Made by a program: the position numbers and the translations under genes. Below are positions 29,802 through 40,273 of a DNA stretch of 64,000 bases, in pieces. Position 1 is the stretch's first letter. The number at the start of each line of letters is the position of its first letter. This DNA is from an uncultured Alphaproteobacteria bacterium (GTDB lineage: Bacteria > Pseudomonadota > Alphaproteobacteria > HIMB59), in contig CACGPP010000006.1 in assembly GCA_902574995.1 (NCBI GenBank), positions 16,140 to 80,139 of the forward strand. Reading direction: 5' to 3'. The notes under the pieces were generated by a model that did not search any database, had not been told where the DNA came from, and saw only the letters and a program-made list of their open reading frames with translations.

Positions 29802-31055
29802 TTACTCTTTTTCATCAATTTTACTAATCATTTGTTCAGTAGCAGTTTGCATTCCTATTGCGGAAGTAGTGCGTGGCACAATCATTGTTGGTGTATTTTC
29901 ATCGTAAATTTCACTTGTTCGTCCAACCCTAATTCTTTGATAGGTAAATAGGCCCAAAAATACGTAAACAATTGTACAATAATAAAAAAGTCCATAGGCA
30001 TTAAAATACGCCATAAATACAGATACTAAAATTGGCCCTAAAACTAAACCTAAAGCATGAACTAATGTAAGAGTTGAACTAGCAGAAACAACCTCATCCT
30101 TTTCTAAAAAATCATTTAGGTGAGAAATAACAACCGCGTAGTAAGGGAGAGATACAGCTGAATGTATGCCAACGAATAAAAGAAGTATATTAAATGAAAA
30201 AGTTCCAAAAATAATTACACAAATAGATGAAGCTAAAGCAATGATATTTAATATCAGTAAAATTATTCTCCTATCAAATGTATCCGATAATTTACCAATC
30301 GGATATTGAAATAAAGCTCCGATGAAAGTATTTACAAAAACAAGTATTGAAATTTGAAAAATACTTAAGCCTAACTTAGCTCCAAAAACTGCAATTAATC
30401 CAAATGATGCTCCATAAATCATACCAATACCAAAAGAACCGATAAAGGACATCGGAGAATTTTTATATAGATCTTTTAGAGATATGAACTTAGGTGTAGA
30501 AAATTCTGGTGCTGATTTTTTAGTAAGCAAAATTGGAACTAAAGCAAAAGAAATTAATAAAGATGTTAGAATATATAAGTGTGCCTCAGTAGTCTCTTTT
30601 AGATTTATTAGCAACCCACCTCCGCTAGTTGAGAAGTATAAAATTACCATGTAAAGCCCAATAAGTTTCCCCCTTGTTTTATTATCAGCACGATCATTTA
30701 GCCAACTTTCACAAACGATATATATTGCTGCCAATGAGAACCCTGTCAGTAATCTTAAAAAAAACCAAAAATATGGGTGAACATAAATCCAATGAAATAA
30801 AATCGTAATGGAAGCAATTGATGCAAATGCTGCAAAAACTCTTATATGTCCAACATTTTTAATAATTTTAGGACAAATACATGAGCTTGCTAGAAAGCCT
30901 ATAAAATAACCTGTAAAGACATATCCAATTTCAAAATCGGAAAAATTAAATAATACTGCATTAATATTTAACAAGGTTCCTTGCAAAGAATGTGCAAGCA
31001 TAATAAATCCAAAACCTGCAAATAGAGCCCAAGAACTATAAACGATATTTAACAC
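29802..31055 (-). CDS. MFS transporter (YcaD-like)
   Basis: About 12 TM segments; VGHIRVFAAF, ESWLN, PIGKLSDTFDRR. Confidence 0.85.
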   Translation of the reverse strand: MLNIVYSSWALFAGFGFIMLAHSLQGTLLNINAVLFNFSDFEIGYVFTGYFIGFLASSCICPKIIKNVGHIRVFAAFASIASITILFHWIYVHPYFWFFLRLLTGFSLAAIYIVCESWLNDRADNKTRGKLIGLYMVILYFSTSGGGLLINLKETTEAHLYILTSLLISFALVPILLTKKSAPEFSTPKFISLKDLYKNSPMSFIGSFGIGMIYGASFGLIAVFGAKLGLSIFQISILVFVNTFIGALFQYPIGKLSDTFDRRIILLILNIIALASSICVIIFGTFSFNILLLFVGIHSAVSLPYYAVVISHLNDFLEKDEVVSASSTLTLVHALGLVLGPILVSVFMAYFNAYGLFYYCTIVYVFLGLFTYQRIRVGRTSEIYDENTPTMIVPRTTSAIGMQTATEQMISKIDEKE

Positions 31056-31093
31056 CCGAGACTATTTAAACTTTTAGTTTAAAAAAGCAATTA

Positions 31094-32197
31094 TTATTTA
31101 TTGAAGGGGAGTCTCGTCATTACAGACTCAACCTCTTCGCCATCAACAAGAAGTGTCTGTTTTTTTTCTAAACTTTGATATTGGGTTTGTACCATCGCTA
31201 TTCCAAGACAACAGCCAAAATCTGGACTAAAGCATGCGGCCCTTAGTTCACCTATTATATTAGTACCAATTTTTAAAGGTAACGCTTTTGTAATTTCAAT
31301 TTTATCTAGTTTGAGTTTTAAACCAACTAAAGATCTCTTGACTCCCTCTTTGTGCTGTTTTTCTAACTCCGCTTTTCCTAAATAATCTATTTTGGGATTG
31401 AAAGAAACAAAAGAACCCAAACCACATTCTAGTGGGGTATCATCCATATTCATATCATTTCCAAATGATAATAGACCACCTTCTATCCTTTCAATTAAAT
31501 TTGGACAACCTGGTCTTACATCTAAATCTTCACCTTTAGACATAAGGGTATCATAAAGATCTAGGCCGATTTCATCATGATCTACATAAATTTCAAATCC
31601 ACCCTGTTTGGACCAACCTGATCTCGCAATTAAAAATTTATGATTTTGAAAATCAAATTTTTTGAAATTGAAAAATTTTAATTTATCTATGTCTTTAAAC
31701 ACTCTTGACATAAGCTCAAATGATTTTGGTCCCTGAACAGCAAGAATGTTAACATTAGGTTCAGTAATCTCGACATCAAGGTTCATACCAATTGCAATTC
31801 CTTTTGCATAAAGAAGTACATCTGTATCTGCTATTGACAGCCACCATGTTTTTTCACCAACTTTCATTATCAGTGGATCATTAATAATTTTTCCTTTGTC
31901 ATCAATAATTGGAGCGTAATAGCAAAGATAATCTTTTGCCTCAGATAAATCTCTACACGTAATTAATTGTGTAAGTTTAGCTGCATCAGGTCCGTGAATT
32001 TGAACTTGTCTCTCGCCAGATACATCCCAAAGTTGAACATTTTTTTTTAGGTGCCTACTATCTTCCTCTATACCTTTAAAAGATGCAGGTAAAAGCATGT
32101 GATTATAAACTGTGTATGATTGTACACCATATTCCTCAATTCTTTTGGTGTAAGGGGTAGAGCGAAGTCTCGCACTTTTAGCAATTAGGTGGGTCAT
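31094..32197 (-). CDS. dmdA: Dimethylsulfoniopropionate demethylase
   Basis: GcvT fold with DmdA-type motifs RSTPY, YTVYNHMLLP, WLSIADTD, ARSGWSKQGGFEIY, PNLIERIEGGLLS.GND. Confidence 0.88.
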   Translation of the reverse strand: MTHLIAKSARLRSTPYTKRIEEYGVQSYTVYNHMLLPASFKGIEEDSRHLKKNVQLWDVSGERQVQIHGPDAAKLTQLITCRDLSEAKDYLCYYAPIIDDKGKIINDPLIMKVGEKTWWLSIADTDVLLYAKGIAIGMNLDVEITEPNVNILAVQGPKSFELMSRVFKDIDKLKFFNFKKFDFQNHKFLIARSGWSKQGGFEIYVDHDEIGLDLYDTLMSKGEDLDVRPGCPNLIERIEGGLLSFGNDMNMDDTPLECGLGSFVSFNPKIDYLGKAELEKQHKEGVKRSLVGLKLKLDKIEITKALPLKIGTNIIGELRAACFSPDFGCCLGIAMVQTQYQSLEKKQTLLVDGEEVESVMTRLPFNK

Positions 32198-32249
32198 AAA
32201 ATTCAGTGTAGTTAATATGTATTCTTGCTACAAAGCAATGATATTATTT

Positions 32250-33308
32250 TTATAAGACATTTAGCCCTAAAATAAATATTAAGAATGTTACTGATACAAG
32301 AGATATAAAGCTAAAAGTCATACCAATTAATATAGCAGCATACCCCTGATTAAAGATTTTTCTCAAATCAATAGAGGCTCCAAGGGCTGTAAGAGCTAGG
32401 CCAAATAGAATTGAAATTAATTTTTCAAGTATTGCTAAAAATTCTATCCATTTCTCATTATCAAAAAAGTATAAGTCCATAATTGAGCGAAAGGTTGCAA
32501 ATAAAATAAAACCGACCACAAAAAGCGGAATTGAATTAAATAATCTAACAAAGATAGATTGACTTTTATTTTTATTATTTTTCGAACTTTTATTAAAAAT
32601 TATTAATATAGGTATCAAAGCTAAAAGAAATAAATTTCTAATTATTTTTGTTATTGTAGCGATTTCTAAAGTCTTTTGATTTGGATGTAAATCACTATGA
32701 ACCATTGCAGCTGCTAAAACTTGACTTGTATCATGAATACTAACGCCTAAAAAAATGCCTTTAGCTAAGTCTGTTAAAAAAAATAACTCCACAAAAAAAG
32801 GATATGTTAATACAGCTATACTTCCCCATAAAACCACTATTAGTACAGCCACGGCTACATCTTGATCCTTTGATTTTAATATTGTTGAGGAAGCCATAAT
32901 AGCAGTGACACCACAAATGGATGTACCGATTGCTAATAATTTTGAAACCCCTTTTTGAGTTGGCCAAATTTTTTTAATAAAAAAATATGTCAGAAAAATC
33001 GATATTATTGTGATAATTATAACAAATATAGACTCCATACTGACTCTCCATAACTGAGTCAAACTTATCTTAATACCTAATAAGACAATTGCTAATTGAA
33101 GTATGTTTTTCTTAATGAATTCACGACCTTCAACAATATTAGAAGATAAGGAGAATATATTAAAAAAAAATATTCCCAAAATGAGCGATAGAAGACTTAA
33201 TGGTAATAATGGTAGGTTAAAGACATATTCTAGGGGTTGCTTTAAAAATATTGCTAGTAGATAAATAAAAGTTATGAAAAATACACCAATTAGACTTTTA
33301 TTAAACAT
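32250..33308 (-). CDS. YeiH/UPF0324 putative sulfate exporter family membrane protein
   Basis: IGTSICGVTAI, G.SIHDTSQV, TKIIRN motifs. Confidence 0.85.
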   Translation of the reverse strand: MFNKSLIGVFFITFIYLLAIFLKQPLEYVFNLPLLPLSLLSLILGIFFFNIFSLSSNIVEGREFIKKNILQLAIVLLGIKISLTQLWRVSMESIFVIIITIISIFLTYFFIKKIWPTQKGVSKLLAIGTSICGVTAIMASSTILKSKDQDVAVAVLIVVLWGSIAVLTYPFFVELFFLTDLAKGIFLGVSIHDTSQVLAAAMVHSDLHPNQKTLEIATITKIIRNLFLLALIPILIIFNKSSKNNKNKSQSIFVRLFNSIPLFVVGFILFATFRSIMDLYFFDNEKWIEFLAILEKLISILFGLALTALGASIDLRKIFNQGYAAILIGMTFSFISLVSVTFLIFILGLNVL

Positions 33309-33368
33309 ATTGATTAATTAATAAAAATGTAAATTAAAGTTTTTATAGGTAATAACTTAATTTCTAAT

Positions 33369-34259
33369 TTATTCTCTTGAACCACTTCTATGTTGCTGAA
33401 TACGATGACCAAATGATTGGGAAACTCTGTCAAAAATAATAGCTAATGCAACAATTGCTAAACCATTAAATAAACCCATAGCAAAGTATTGATTAGTAAT
33501 TGCTTTTAAAACGGGTTGACCAAGTCCCTTAACACCAATCATTGAGGCAATCACAACCATTGCCAAAGCCATCATGATTGTTTGATTAATTCCTGCAAAT
33601 ATTGTTGGAAGTGCTAAAGGTAATTGTACTTGAAACAATTTTTGTCTTGGATTAGCACCAAAAGCATCAGCAGCTTCCAAAACTTCTTTATCGACCTCTC
33701 TTATACCTAAATTTGTAAGTCTAATAATTGGTGGGATTGCATATATTACCACAGCTAGAAGTCCTGGAATTTTTCCAATACCCAATAACATAACTACTGG
33801 TATTAAATATACGAAGCTTGGCATTGTTTGCATGACGTCTAGAATTGGTGTGCAAATTCTTTGAGCACGCTCTGATTTTGCCATAAGCACACCAACAGGT
33901 ATTCCAATTCCAATAGAAAGCATGGTGCAAACTCCAATAATACTCACCGTAGACATGGTGTCTTCCCACATTCCAAATATTCCAATAAGCAAAAATGCAA
34001 ATAAAGACCCAATAGTTACAGATATCTTTCTACTACCAAAATAAATTACTGCCAAAAAACATATTAATACAATTGGCCAAGGTGAATTTTGTAATAATTT
34101 TTCAAACCAAACTAGAAAATATAATACAGGATCAAATACTGCCTCTATTGCATCACCATATTCTCTTGAAAAAGCTCTATAAGATGCATCAAAACCTTTT
34201 TTGATAAATCTTAGAGTTTCTCTGCTAAGTTCGGGAAACTCTGATAGGAAATCTTCCAT
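33369..34259 (-). CDS. proW: Glycine betaine/proline-type ABC permease
   Basis: LDVMQTMPSFVYLIP, EAADAFG (EAA loop), GINQTIMMALAMVVIASMIG. Confidence 0.9.
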   Translation of the reverse strand: MEDFLSEFPELSRETLRFIKKGFDASYRAFSREYGDAIEAVFDPVLYFLVWFEKLLQNSPWPIVLICFLAVIYFGSRKISVTIGSLFAFLLIGIFGMWEDTMSTVSIIGVCTMLSIGIGIPVGVLMAKSERAQRICTPILDVMQTMPSFVYLIPVVMLLGIGKIPGLLAVVIYAIPPIIRLTNLGIREVDKEVLEAADAFGANPRQKLFQVQLPLALPTIFAGINQTIMMALAMVVIASMIGVKGLGQPVLKAITNQYFAMGLFNGLAIVALAIIFDRVSQSFGHRIQQHRSGSRE

Positions 34260-34272
34260 AAAACTGAAATTT

Positions 34273-34306
34273 AAAGGTGGGCTTTAATTAAGCCCACCTC
34301 TTTTTT
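34273..34306 (-). terminator. Stem-loop between proX and proW
   Basis: AGGTGGGCTT..AAGCCCACCT inverted repeat; typical mRNA-stabilising or partial terminator after an SBP gene. Confidence 0.7.
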
Positions 34307-34320
34307 ACAAAAATTGATAA

Positions 34321-35313
34321 TTAGTCTATAGCAGCCTCAACTGCTAATTGAGTTTCAAAATCTACCCAACTTTTCCATTCCCCGTAATTTTGCAAGAAAT
34401 AGATTGCTGTGTCTTCACCAGTTGCCTGGTTGTCATCCTTCCAAGCTAAAAGCGCATTAACAGTTGAGTTAGGAAGGGCTCTTTTTGAAATGTAGTCCAT
34501 TCCTGGTCCAGTAGAGTTCATGAAATTATCAGTTACAACAGTAAAGACTGATGAAACAACCCATGAATTTTTCTGTGGATCTGCACAACCCTCTTGAGAG
34601 GTACAAGTACTCCACTCGTCAAAGTCATGAGGTACTCCAAAGTCTAATTTTTTCATTGGATACTTACCTAAAATAGCTGTTGGTGCCCAGTAATAACCTA
34701 GCCAACCTTCACCTTTTTCATAAGCTTCAGCAATTGAACCAGCTAATGCTCCACCAGAGCCTGGATCTACAAGATTAAATCCTTTTGACTCAGCATCATA
34801 TGCTTGGAAAAGATTTCCTGTACTGATTTGACAGTTCCAACCAGATGGACAAGTATAAAGTGCTGCCCCATCACCCTCTGGGTGAGGAAATAATTCTGGT
34901 CTTGCCAGAGCATCTTCAACAGTTACGATGTCTGGGTTTGCATCAGCTAAGTACTGAGGTATCCACCATCCTTCTTCACCAGTATCAGACAAAACTTCAG
35001 CGGCGTAGTGAAGTCTTCCTTCATCAACAGCAGCATCTAAAGCAATACGAACGGAGTTAATCCATAATTCTGGAGCCACATCTGGCTCACCTTTTTCCAT
35101 CATTGATGTAGCTGTTGGCATAGTATCACCTGGAACTAGTTCAACATCACATCCATATCCCTCTTCAAGGATAAGTTTATCAACGTGGGCAAACATTTCA
35201 GCGGATGCCCAGTTCATTTCAGCGATTGTGATTGTCCCACAATCAGCCTTTGCAACTGAGTTAATTCCAAATAATAGAACTGAGCTCAGAAGTATTTTTT
35301 TAATAGAGTTCAT
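34321..35313 (-). CDS. proX: Glycine betaine-type ABC substrate-binding protein
   Basis: ATG at 35313 after a GGGAGGA RBS; signal peptide; MNWASA, PELW, CPSGWNC, YYWAPT aromatic-cage motifs. Confidence 0.88.
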   Translation of the reverse strand: MNSIKKILLSSVLLFGINSVAKADCGTITIAEMNWASAEMFAHVDKLILEEGYGCDVELVPGDTMPTATSMMEKGEPDVAPELWINSVRIALDAAVDEGRLHYAAEVLSDTGEEGWWIPQYLADANPDIVTVEDALARPELFPHPEGDGAALYTCPSGWNCQISTGNLFQAYDAESKGFNLVDPGSGGALAGSIAEAYEKGEGWLGYYWAPTAILGKYPMKKLDFGVPHDFDEWSTCTSQEGCADPQKNSWVVSSVFTVVTDNFMNSTGPGMDYISKRALPNSTVNALLAWKDDNQATGEDTAIYFLQNYGEWKSWVDFETQLAVEAAID

Positions 35314-35427
35314 TACATCCTCCCTGATATAAAAATGTAAGATAACATTCCTGTATTGCATTAACAGTGAAAAAATCTTGAAAATGGAAGCTATTTGACG
35401 CAAAAAAGCATTAAAATGTTAATTTTT

Positions 35428-36450
35428 CTATCTTTTCAGTATTTCAGAGAGTCTTTTTGAAGACAAATAGCCTATTTCGTCATTATTCTTATTTTTGACA
35501 ATCAGGCAACTTGGCTTATCAGAAATAACTTTATCAATAAATCTATCAATAAAATCATCTTGATCTACAAACATAGCGTTATCTCTGTCTTGCCCATTTA
35601 ATTTTGACATGATGTGTTTTGCTTTAATAACCCTAGCTCTATTAACATCCTCAACAAAATCTTTTACATATTGTGTCTTTGGACTTAATAAAATATCTGC
35701 GGGGATACCCTCTTGATCCATTATGCCATCTTTTAATATTGCTATACGATCTCCAATTTTTAAAGCTTCATCTAGGTCATGAGTAATAAATACGACTGTT
35801 TTATGAAGTTCGTCTTGTAACTCCAACAAAATATCTTGCATATCTTTTCTAATTAGAGGGTCAAGAGCGCTAAAAGCTTCATCCATAAGCAAGATCTCAC
35901 CATCGTTAGTAAGAGCTCTTGCGAGTCCAACACGTTGCTGCATGCCACCAGACAAATGTTGAGGATATTTTTCTTCATATCCAGATAATCCAACTCGATC
36001 TATCCATCTACGTGCTCTGGTATTTGACTCTTTTTCATCAATATTTTGAATATGAAGTCCAAACTGTGTATTTTCTAAAACCGTCTTATGAGGCAACAAA
36101 GCAAAACGCTGGAATACCATAGCAGTTTTTGTTCTTCTGAAATTCCTTAAAGATTCATCATTCATTTTTAAAACATCTTCACCATCAACTACTACACTGC
36201 CGTCTGTAGGTTCTATTAATCTATTTATATGTCTTATCAATGTAGACTTACCTGAACCAGAAAGACCCATTACAACTTGAATTGATTTTTCTTTAATATC
36301 CAAACTAATATCTTTTAGACCTAGAACATGATTATGTTTTTCTAAAAGTTCATCTTTATTGACACCATCTTTTACTTTCTCTAACGCAGACTTTGGGTTT
36401 TTACCAAAAATTTTATATAAGTTTTTAATTTGAATTTTTATTTCAGACAT
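35428..36450 (-). CDS. proV: Glycine betaine/proline-type ABC ATP-binding protein
   Basis: YKIFG, MGLSGSGKST, LSGGMQQRVGLARAL, MDEAFSALDPLIR. Confidence 0.93.
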   Translation of the reverse strand: MSEIKIQIKNLYKIFGKNPKSALEKVKDGVNKDELLEKHNHVLGLKDISLDIKEKSIQVVMGLSGSGKSTLIRHINRLIEPTDGSVVVDGEDVLKMNDESLRNFRRTKTAMVFQRFALLPHKTVLENTQFGLHIQNIDEKESNTRARRWIDRVGLSGYEEKYPQHLSGGMQQRVGLARALTNDGEILLMDEAFSALDPLIRKDMQDILLELQDELHKTVVFITHDLDEALKIGDRIAILKDGIMDQEGIPADILLSPKTQYVKDFVEDVNRARVIKAKHIMSKLNGQDRDNAMFVDQDDFIDRFIDKVISDKPSCLIVKNKNNDEIGYLSSKRLSEILKR

Positions 36451-36573
36451 ATTTTTTTTAGTGAAGATTTTTTAAGAAATTTTATTATTTATATAAATAC
36501 TCAGCCCTCCAGTAATTGATTATTTAAACATTTGAAACATAATCATGCAAATTAATTTTGAATATATAAATAG

Positions 36574-37158
36574 TTACTTTTTTGTAACGGCATATGGCGC
36601 AAAAGTATTATCTGTTTTATTAGATTTAGATTGAATATTTTTTGCAGGTATACCAACCATTATTCCTCCTTTTGGGACATCTTTAGTTACAACAGCATTA
36701 GATCCAATTCGAGCACAACTTTTTATAATTATTGGTCCTAATATTTGTGCCCCAGAGCCAACAATTACATCGTCTTCGAGAGTAGGATGGCGCTTCACAC
36801 CAACTTGTTCTGATGATTTAACAGCAGGCATGATACCTCCCAATGTTACACCATGATAAATAGTTACATTATCTCCTATCTCGGCAGTTTCTCCGATAAC
36901 AACTCCCATTCCATGATCAATAAAAAAATTTTTCCCAATTTTTGCTGCAGGATGAATTTCAATACCAGTTAAAAATCTTGATAATTGAGAGATCATTCTT
37001 CCTAATAATTTCAAATTTAGTGACCAGATAAAATTTGCTATACGATGGAGGAAAACAGCTTTTACGCCAGGATAGGTTAATATCACTAGTAACAATGAAG
37101 TTGCAGCAGGGTCTCTTGCCTTTACTGACTCAAAATATTTCATTAAGTTTTCAAACAT
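36574..37158 (-). CDS. cysE: Serine O-acetyltransferase
   Basis: [37 protein letters not shown]. Confidence 0.93.
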   Translation of the reverse strand: MFENLMKYFESVKARDPAATSLLLVILTYPGVKAVFLHRIANFIWSLNLKLLGRMISQLSRFLTGIEIHPAAKIGKNFFIDHGMGVVIGETAEIGDNVTIYHGVTLGGIMPAVKSSEQVGVKRHPTLEDDVIVGSGAQILGPIIIKSCARIGSNAVVTKDVPKGGIMVGIPAKNIQSKSNKTDNTFAPYAVTKK

Positions 37159-37248
37159 TAATATACAGATAAGACTTATCCACCTAAGATCAAGCTTTTA
37201 TTGAATAATTATGTAAATGACTGAATTTAATTGTTAGATTAATAGTGG

Positions 37249-37677
37249 ATGTTCACCATTGAAAAACCTAAAGAAATTCATCTGAATAGTTGGAAAGAAA
37301 TCATAAATGAGAGTGCATCATCGAACTCTTTTCAATTTCAAGAGGTAAACTTTAGTTTATTTTGGACGTGCATATTTCGAGATGATTATTTTGCGTTTGC
37401 TGCAAAAAACGAAGATAAATTCATGGGAATTGTTGTAGCTAAAATCAACGAAACTTATTATGAGAAGAATATAGTATTAGATGTTTTGTATGTTTTACAA
37501 GATTTTAGAAAAATTGGTGTTGCTAGAGCGTTAATGAACAAAATTGAAGTAATAGCAAAAGAAAAAAATCTTGATCTAATTATTAAAGGTGTAGAAAAAA
37601 GTAACTTACTTGCTCAGAAACTTTTTAAAAATTATGCTGTTGTCAACAGAACAAGATACATAAAAAAGCATAATTGA
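37249..37677 (+). CDS. GNAT family acetyltransferase
   Basis: LYVLQDFRKIGVARALM acetyl-CoA motif A; N..AQKLF. Confidence 0.75.
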   Translation: MFTIEKPKEIHLNSWKEIINESASSNSFQFQEVNFSLFWTCIFRDDYFAFAAKNEDKFMGIVVAKINETYYEKNIVLDVLYVLQDFRKIGVARALMNKIEVIAKEKNLDLIIKGVEKSNLLAQKLFKNYAVVNRTRYIKKHN

Positions 37678-37708
37678 TTTTAATAAATAATTATTATATT
37701 TAAATATT

Positions 37709-37849
37709 ATGGTAGATCCGAATAAAAATGGCGAAAACTACGATAAGAACAATAGATGGGTGTGGATTATCATTGTTTTAATTACTCTGAGTTCTATCTA
37801 TGTGATGTCTAAAATATTTATTCAGACACCCTGGCAGTATCTGTCGTAG
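37709..37849 (+). CDS. Possible 46-aa single-pass membrane peptide
   Basis: MVDPNKNGENYDKNNRWVWIIIVLITLSSIYVMSKIFIQTPWQYLS; fills the gap; 32-nt convergent overlap with the SbmA-like gene; no clear RBS. Confidence 0.4.
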   Translation: MVDPNKNGENYDKNNRWVWIIIVLITLSSIYVMSKIFIQTPWQYLS

Positions 37850-38813
37850 ACTTAAGTTTTCTCTCAAATTCTCTTAGTCTTTTGTAAACACTTGCAAGTT
37901 CAATAATTGTTGGCCATGATTTTAACAAGTACTGCATTGATCCTTCAACCCTGCCAAAAGCACGAATAATTTGTTGCATAACACCAAGGGTAATAATACC
38001 TGCAACAATTGCAGGAGCTAAAAATACATAAGCACTTAAAACATTAGCCTGCAAATAAGCAATTCTTCCAATATTAAAGTACAAGTACCGAATATATGAG
38101 AGAAAATGAATTTTTCTTACATCATCAAATAATTCTTCTATTGTTTTTGGACGAATAGTTTCGTCATCTTCGGCAATAACTAAAACTTTTCTGTAAGCTG
38201 CCTCTTGTTTTTGTAAATCATATTCTACACCAACGAGCCTGAGAATTATTCCAAGGAGTATTAAAAAAACTGTTCCTCCAACTGACCAAATTAATGCACC
38301 AACAACTAAACCATACTCCCAATCGCCAAAAAAGAATATCGGGATACCAGCACTAAGTCCTAATAAGATTGGAAGGAATTGTACAATTATCATAACCGAC
38401 TCAATTAAGCTTGTACCAAGACCTTCCATAATTCTACCAAACTTAATGGTGTCCTCTTGAACTCTTTGAGCAGCACCTTCGATTGTACGGGCAAAATTAT
38501 AAACACTGTGATACCACTCGACCATAGCGGTTCTCCATCTAAATAAGAAATGTGCAGTGAAAAAACTTACCAAAACTGCAATAGCCACATATATACCAGC
38601 AAGTGTTATAAAAGATAGTAAGCCTGCCCAATATTCTTCAATTGTAATTGAATTTGGCTCAGCGAGAGCTTTTTGAATCATATCATAGAAAGTACCAAAC
38701 CACTCATTGATCCTGACATCAATTTCTACTTGCACCCAAAGACTACCTAATATAGCAGCTGACCCTACCCATGCCCATAGAAACCATTTTCTTGAGTTAA
38801 AAAATCTAAACAT
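37818..38813 (-). CDS. SbmA/BacA-like peptide transporter
   Basis: INEWFGTFYDMIQ, FRWRTAM, IEGAAQRVQEDT, EAAYRKVLV, WPTIIELASVYKRLREFE. Confidence 0.85.
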   Translation of the reverse strand: MFRFFNSRKWFLWAWVGSAAILGSLWVQVEIDVRINEWFGTFYDMIQKALAEPNSITIEEYWAGLLSFITLAGIYVAIAVLVSFFTAHFLFRWRTAMVEWYHSVYNFARTIEGAAQRVQEDTIKFGRIMEGLGTSLIESVMIIVQFLPILLGLSAGIPIFFFGDWEYGLVVGALIWSVGGTVFLILLGIILRLVGVEYDLQKQEAAYRKVLVIAEDDETIRPKTIEELFDDVRKIHFLSYIRYLYFNIGRIAYLQANVLSAYVFLAPAIVAGIITLGVMQQIIRAFGRVEGSMQYLLKSWPTIIELASVYKRLREFERKLKSTTDTARVSE

Positions 38814-38916
38814 TTTATTTTGCAACAATAATTGAAAAATTAAAGTTTTTGAAGACCTAAAAGTGCTTCAATACGCTTAATTTATTTAAATCCTTCTATA
38901 CCTATATAATAACCTA

Positions 38917-39393
38917 ATGCCAAGTATTAAAGACATCAAAAAGATCAAACTTAATGATGAATATATATTTTTTGGTCCTGAGTCTATTGTTAGTGAAATT
39001 GCAGATAGTATGGATATAAAAAATATAGGGGCTGTTCCTATACTGAATGAACAAAAAATATTACTTGGTGTTGTTTCAGAAAGAGACATAGTCAGAAAAT
39101 GTGTTAAAGACGGTAGGGATCCAGATTTGGTCACGGCATCTGATATTATGACATCAGAAATTATAACTGTGGACTTAAAAACTTCCTCAGAAATTGCAAT
39201 AAAAATTATGGGGGAAAATAACATAAGGCACCTACCAGTGGTAGATGATCAAAATAAATTAATAAATTTTATTTCTCATAGAGACCTTATAAGTTCTGTC
39301 AGAGATAGCACAAAACTAAATATAATTTTAATTACATTTATATGTATGATTATTCCGATAGTATTTTTAGTTAAGTCATTTGGCTGGATATGA
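38917..39393 (+). CDS. CBS-pair protein with C-terminal TM anchor
   Basis: IGAVPI..GVVSERDI and IRHLPVVD motifs; hydrophobic C-terminus. Confidence 0.85.
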   Translation: MPSIKDIKKIKLNDEYIFFGPESIVSEIADSMDIKNIGAVPILNEQKILLGVVSERDIVRKCVKDGRDPDLVTASDIMTSEIITVDLKTSSEIAIKIMGENNIRHLPVVDDQNKLINFISHRDLISSVRDSTKLNIILITFICMIIPIVFLVKSFGWI

Positions 39394-40271
39394 AAACTAA
39401 AGGTATTATTCTTGCTGCTGGTAAGGGTACAAGATTAATGCCCGCAACAATACCTGCATCAAAACCATTGTTACCTCTTTACGATAAACCAATGATTTAT
39501 TATCCACTCGAAACTTTAGTAAGATTAGGAATTAAAGATATATTATTTATTGTTAAAGAGGACGACCTTTCAATATTCAAAAAAACATTTGGAACAGGAT
39601 CAGAAGTTGGTCTTAATTTTTCATATGAAATCCAAAAAATTCAAAGGGGAATAGCAGATGCTTACTTTATTGGTGAAAAATTTTTAGATGGCAACCCATC
39701 AGTATTGGCATTAAGTGATAATGTCTTTCTTGGAAAAAATTATTTTAATTTTGCCAATTCAGCCCTTCTAAAGATGCAAGAGAACGGAGGAAGTGTATTT
39801 GGATTGCCAGTTCCAGATCCAGAAAAATTTGGTGTTATTGAATTAGATAACAATAAAAATATTATTGGCATTGAGGAAAAACCATCAAAGCCCAAAAGTA
39901 ATTTGATCATTCCTGGTTTATATTTTTTTGACTCCGAAGCTTCAAAATTTGCAAAAACACTTAAACCATCAAACAGAGGCGAATTAGAAATAACTGATTT
40001 AATTAAAATATATTTATCAGAAAAAAAACTTGCTTTAGAAATTTTAGACGACTCAATTGTTTGGCATGATACTGGTAATGCAAAGGCTCTTCTAGAGGCA
40101 GCACAAAAAGTAAAATTATATGAACAAAATAACGATGTAAAAATTGGCTCTTATGAAATAGCTTCGTATGAACAAGGCTTTATAAACAAAAGTAATTTAA
40201 ATGATATTGCAGAAAAATTAATCAAGTCTGATTATGGACAATATATTAAAGAATATCTAACTCGAAATTAA
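39390..40271 (+). CDS. rfbA: Glucose-1-phosphate thymidylyltransferase
   Basis: GIILAAGKGTRL, LLPLYDKPMIYYPL, EEKP, RGELEITD, WHDTG. Confidence 0.9.
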   Translation: MKTKGIILAAGKGTRLMPATIPASKPLLPLYDKPMIYYPLETLVRLGIKDILFIVKEDDLSIFKKTFGTGSEVGLNFSYEIQKIQRGIADAYFIGEKFLDGNPSVLALSDNVFLGKNYFNFANSALLKMQENGGSVFGLPVPDPEKFGVIELDNNKNIIGIEEKPSKPKSNLIIPGLYFFDSEASKFAKTLKPSNRGELEITDLIKIYLSEKKLALEILDDSIVWHDTGNAKALLEAAQKVKLYEQNNDVKIGSYEIASYEQGFINKSNLNDIAEKLIKSDYGQYIKEYLTRN

Positions 40272-40273
40272 TC

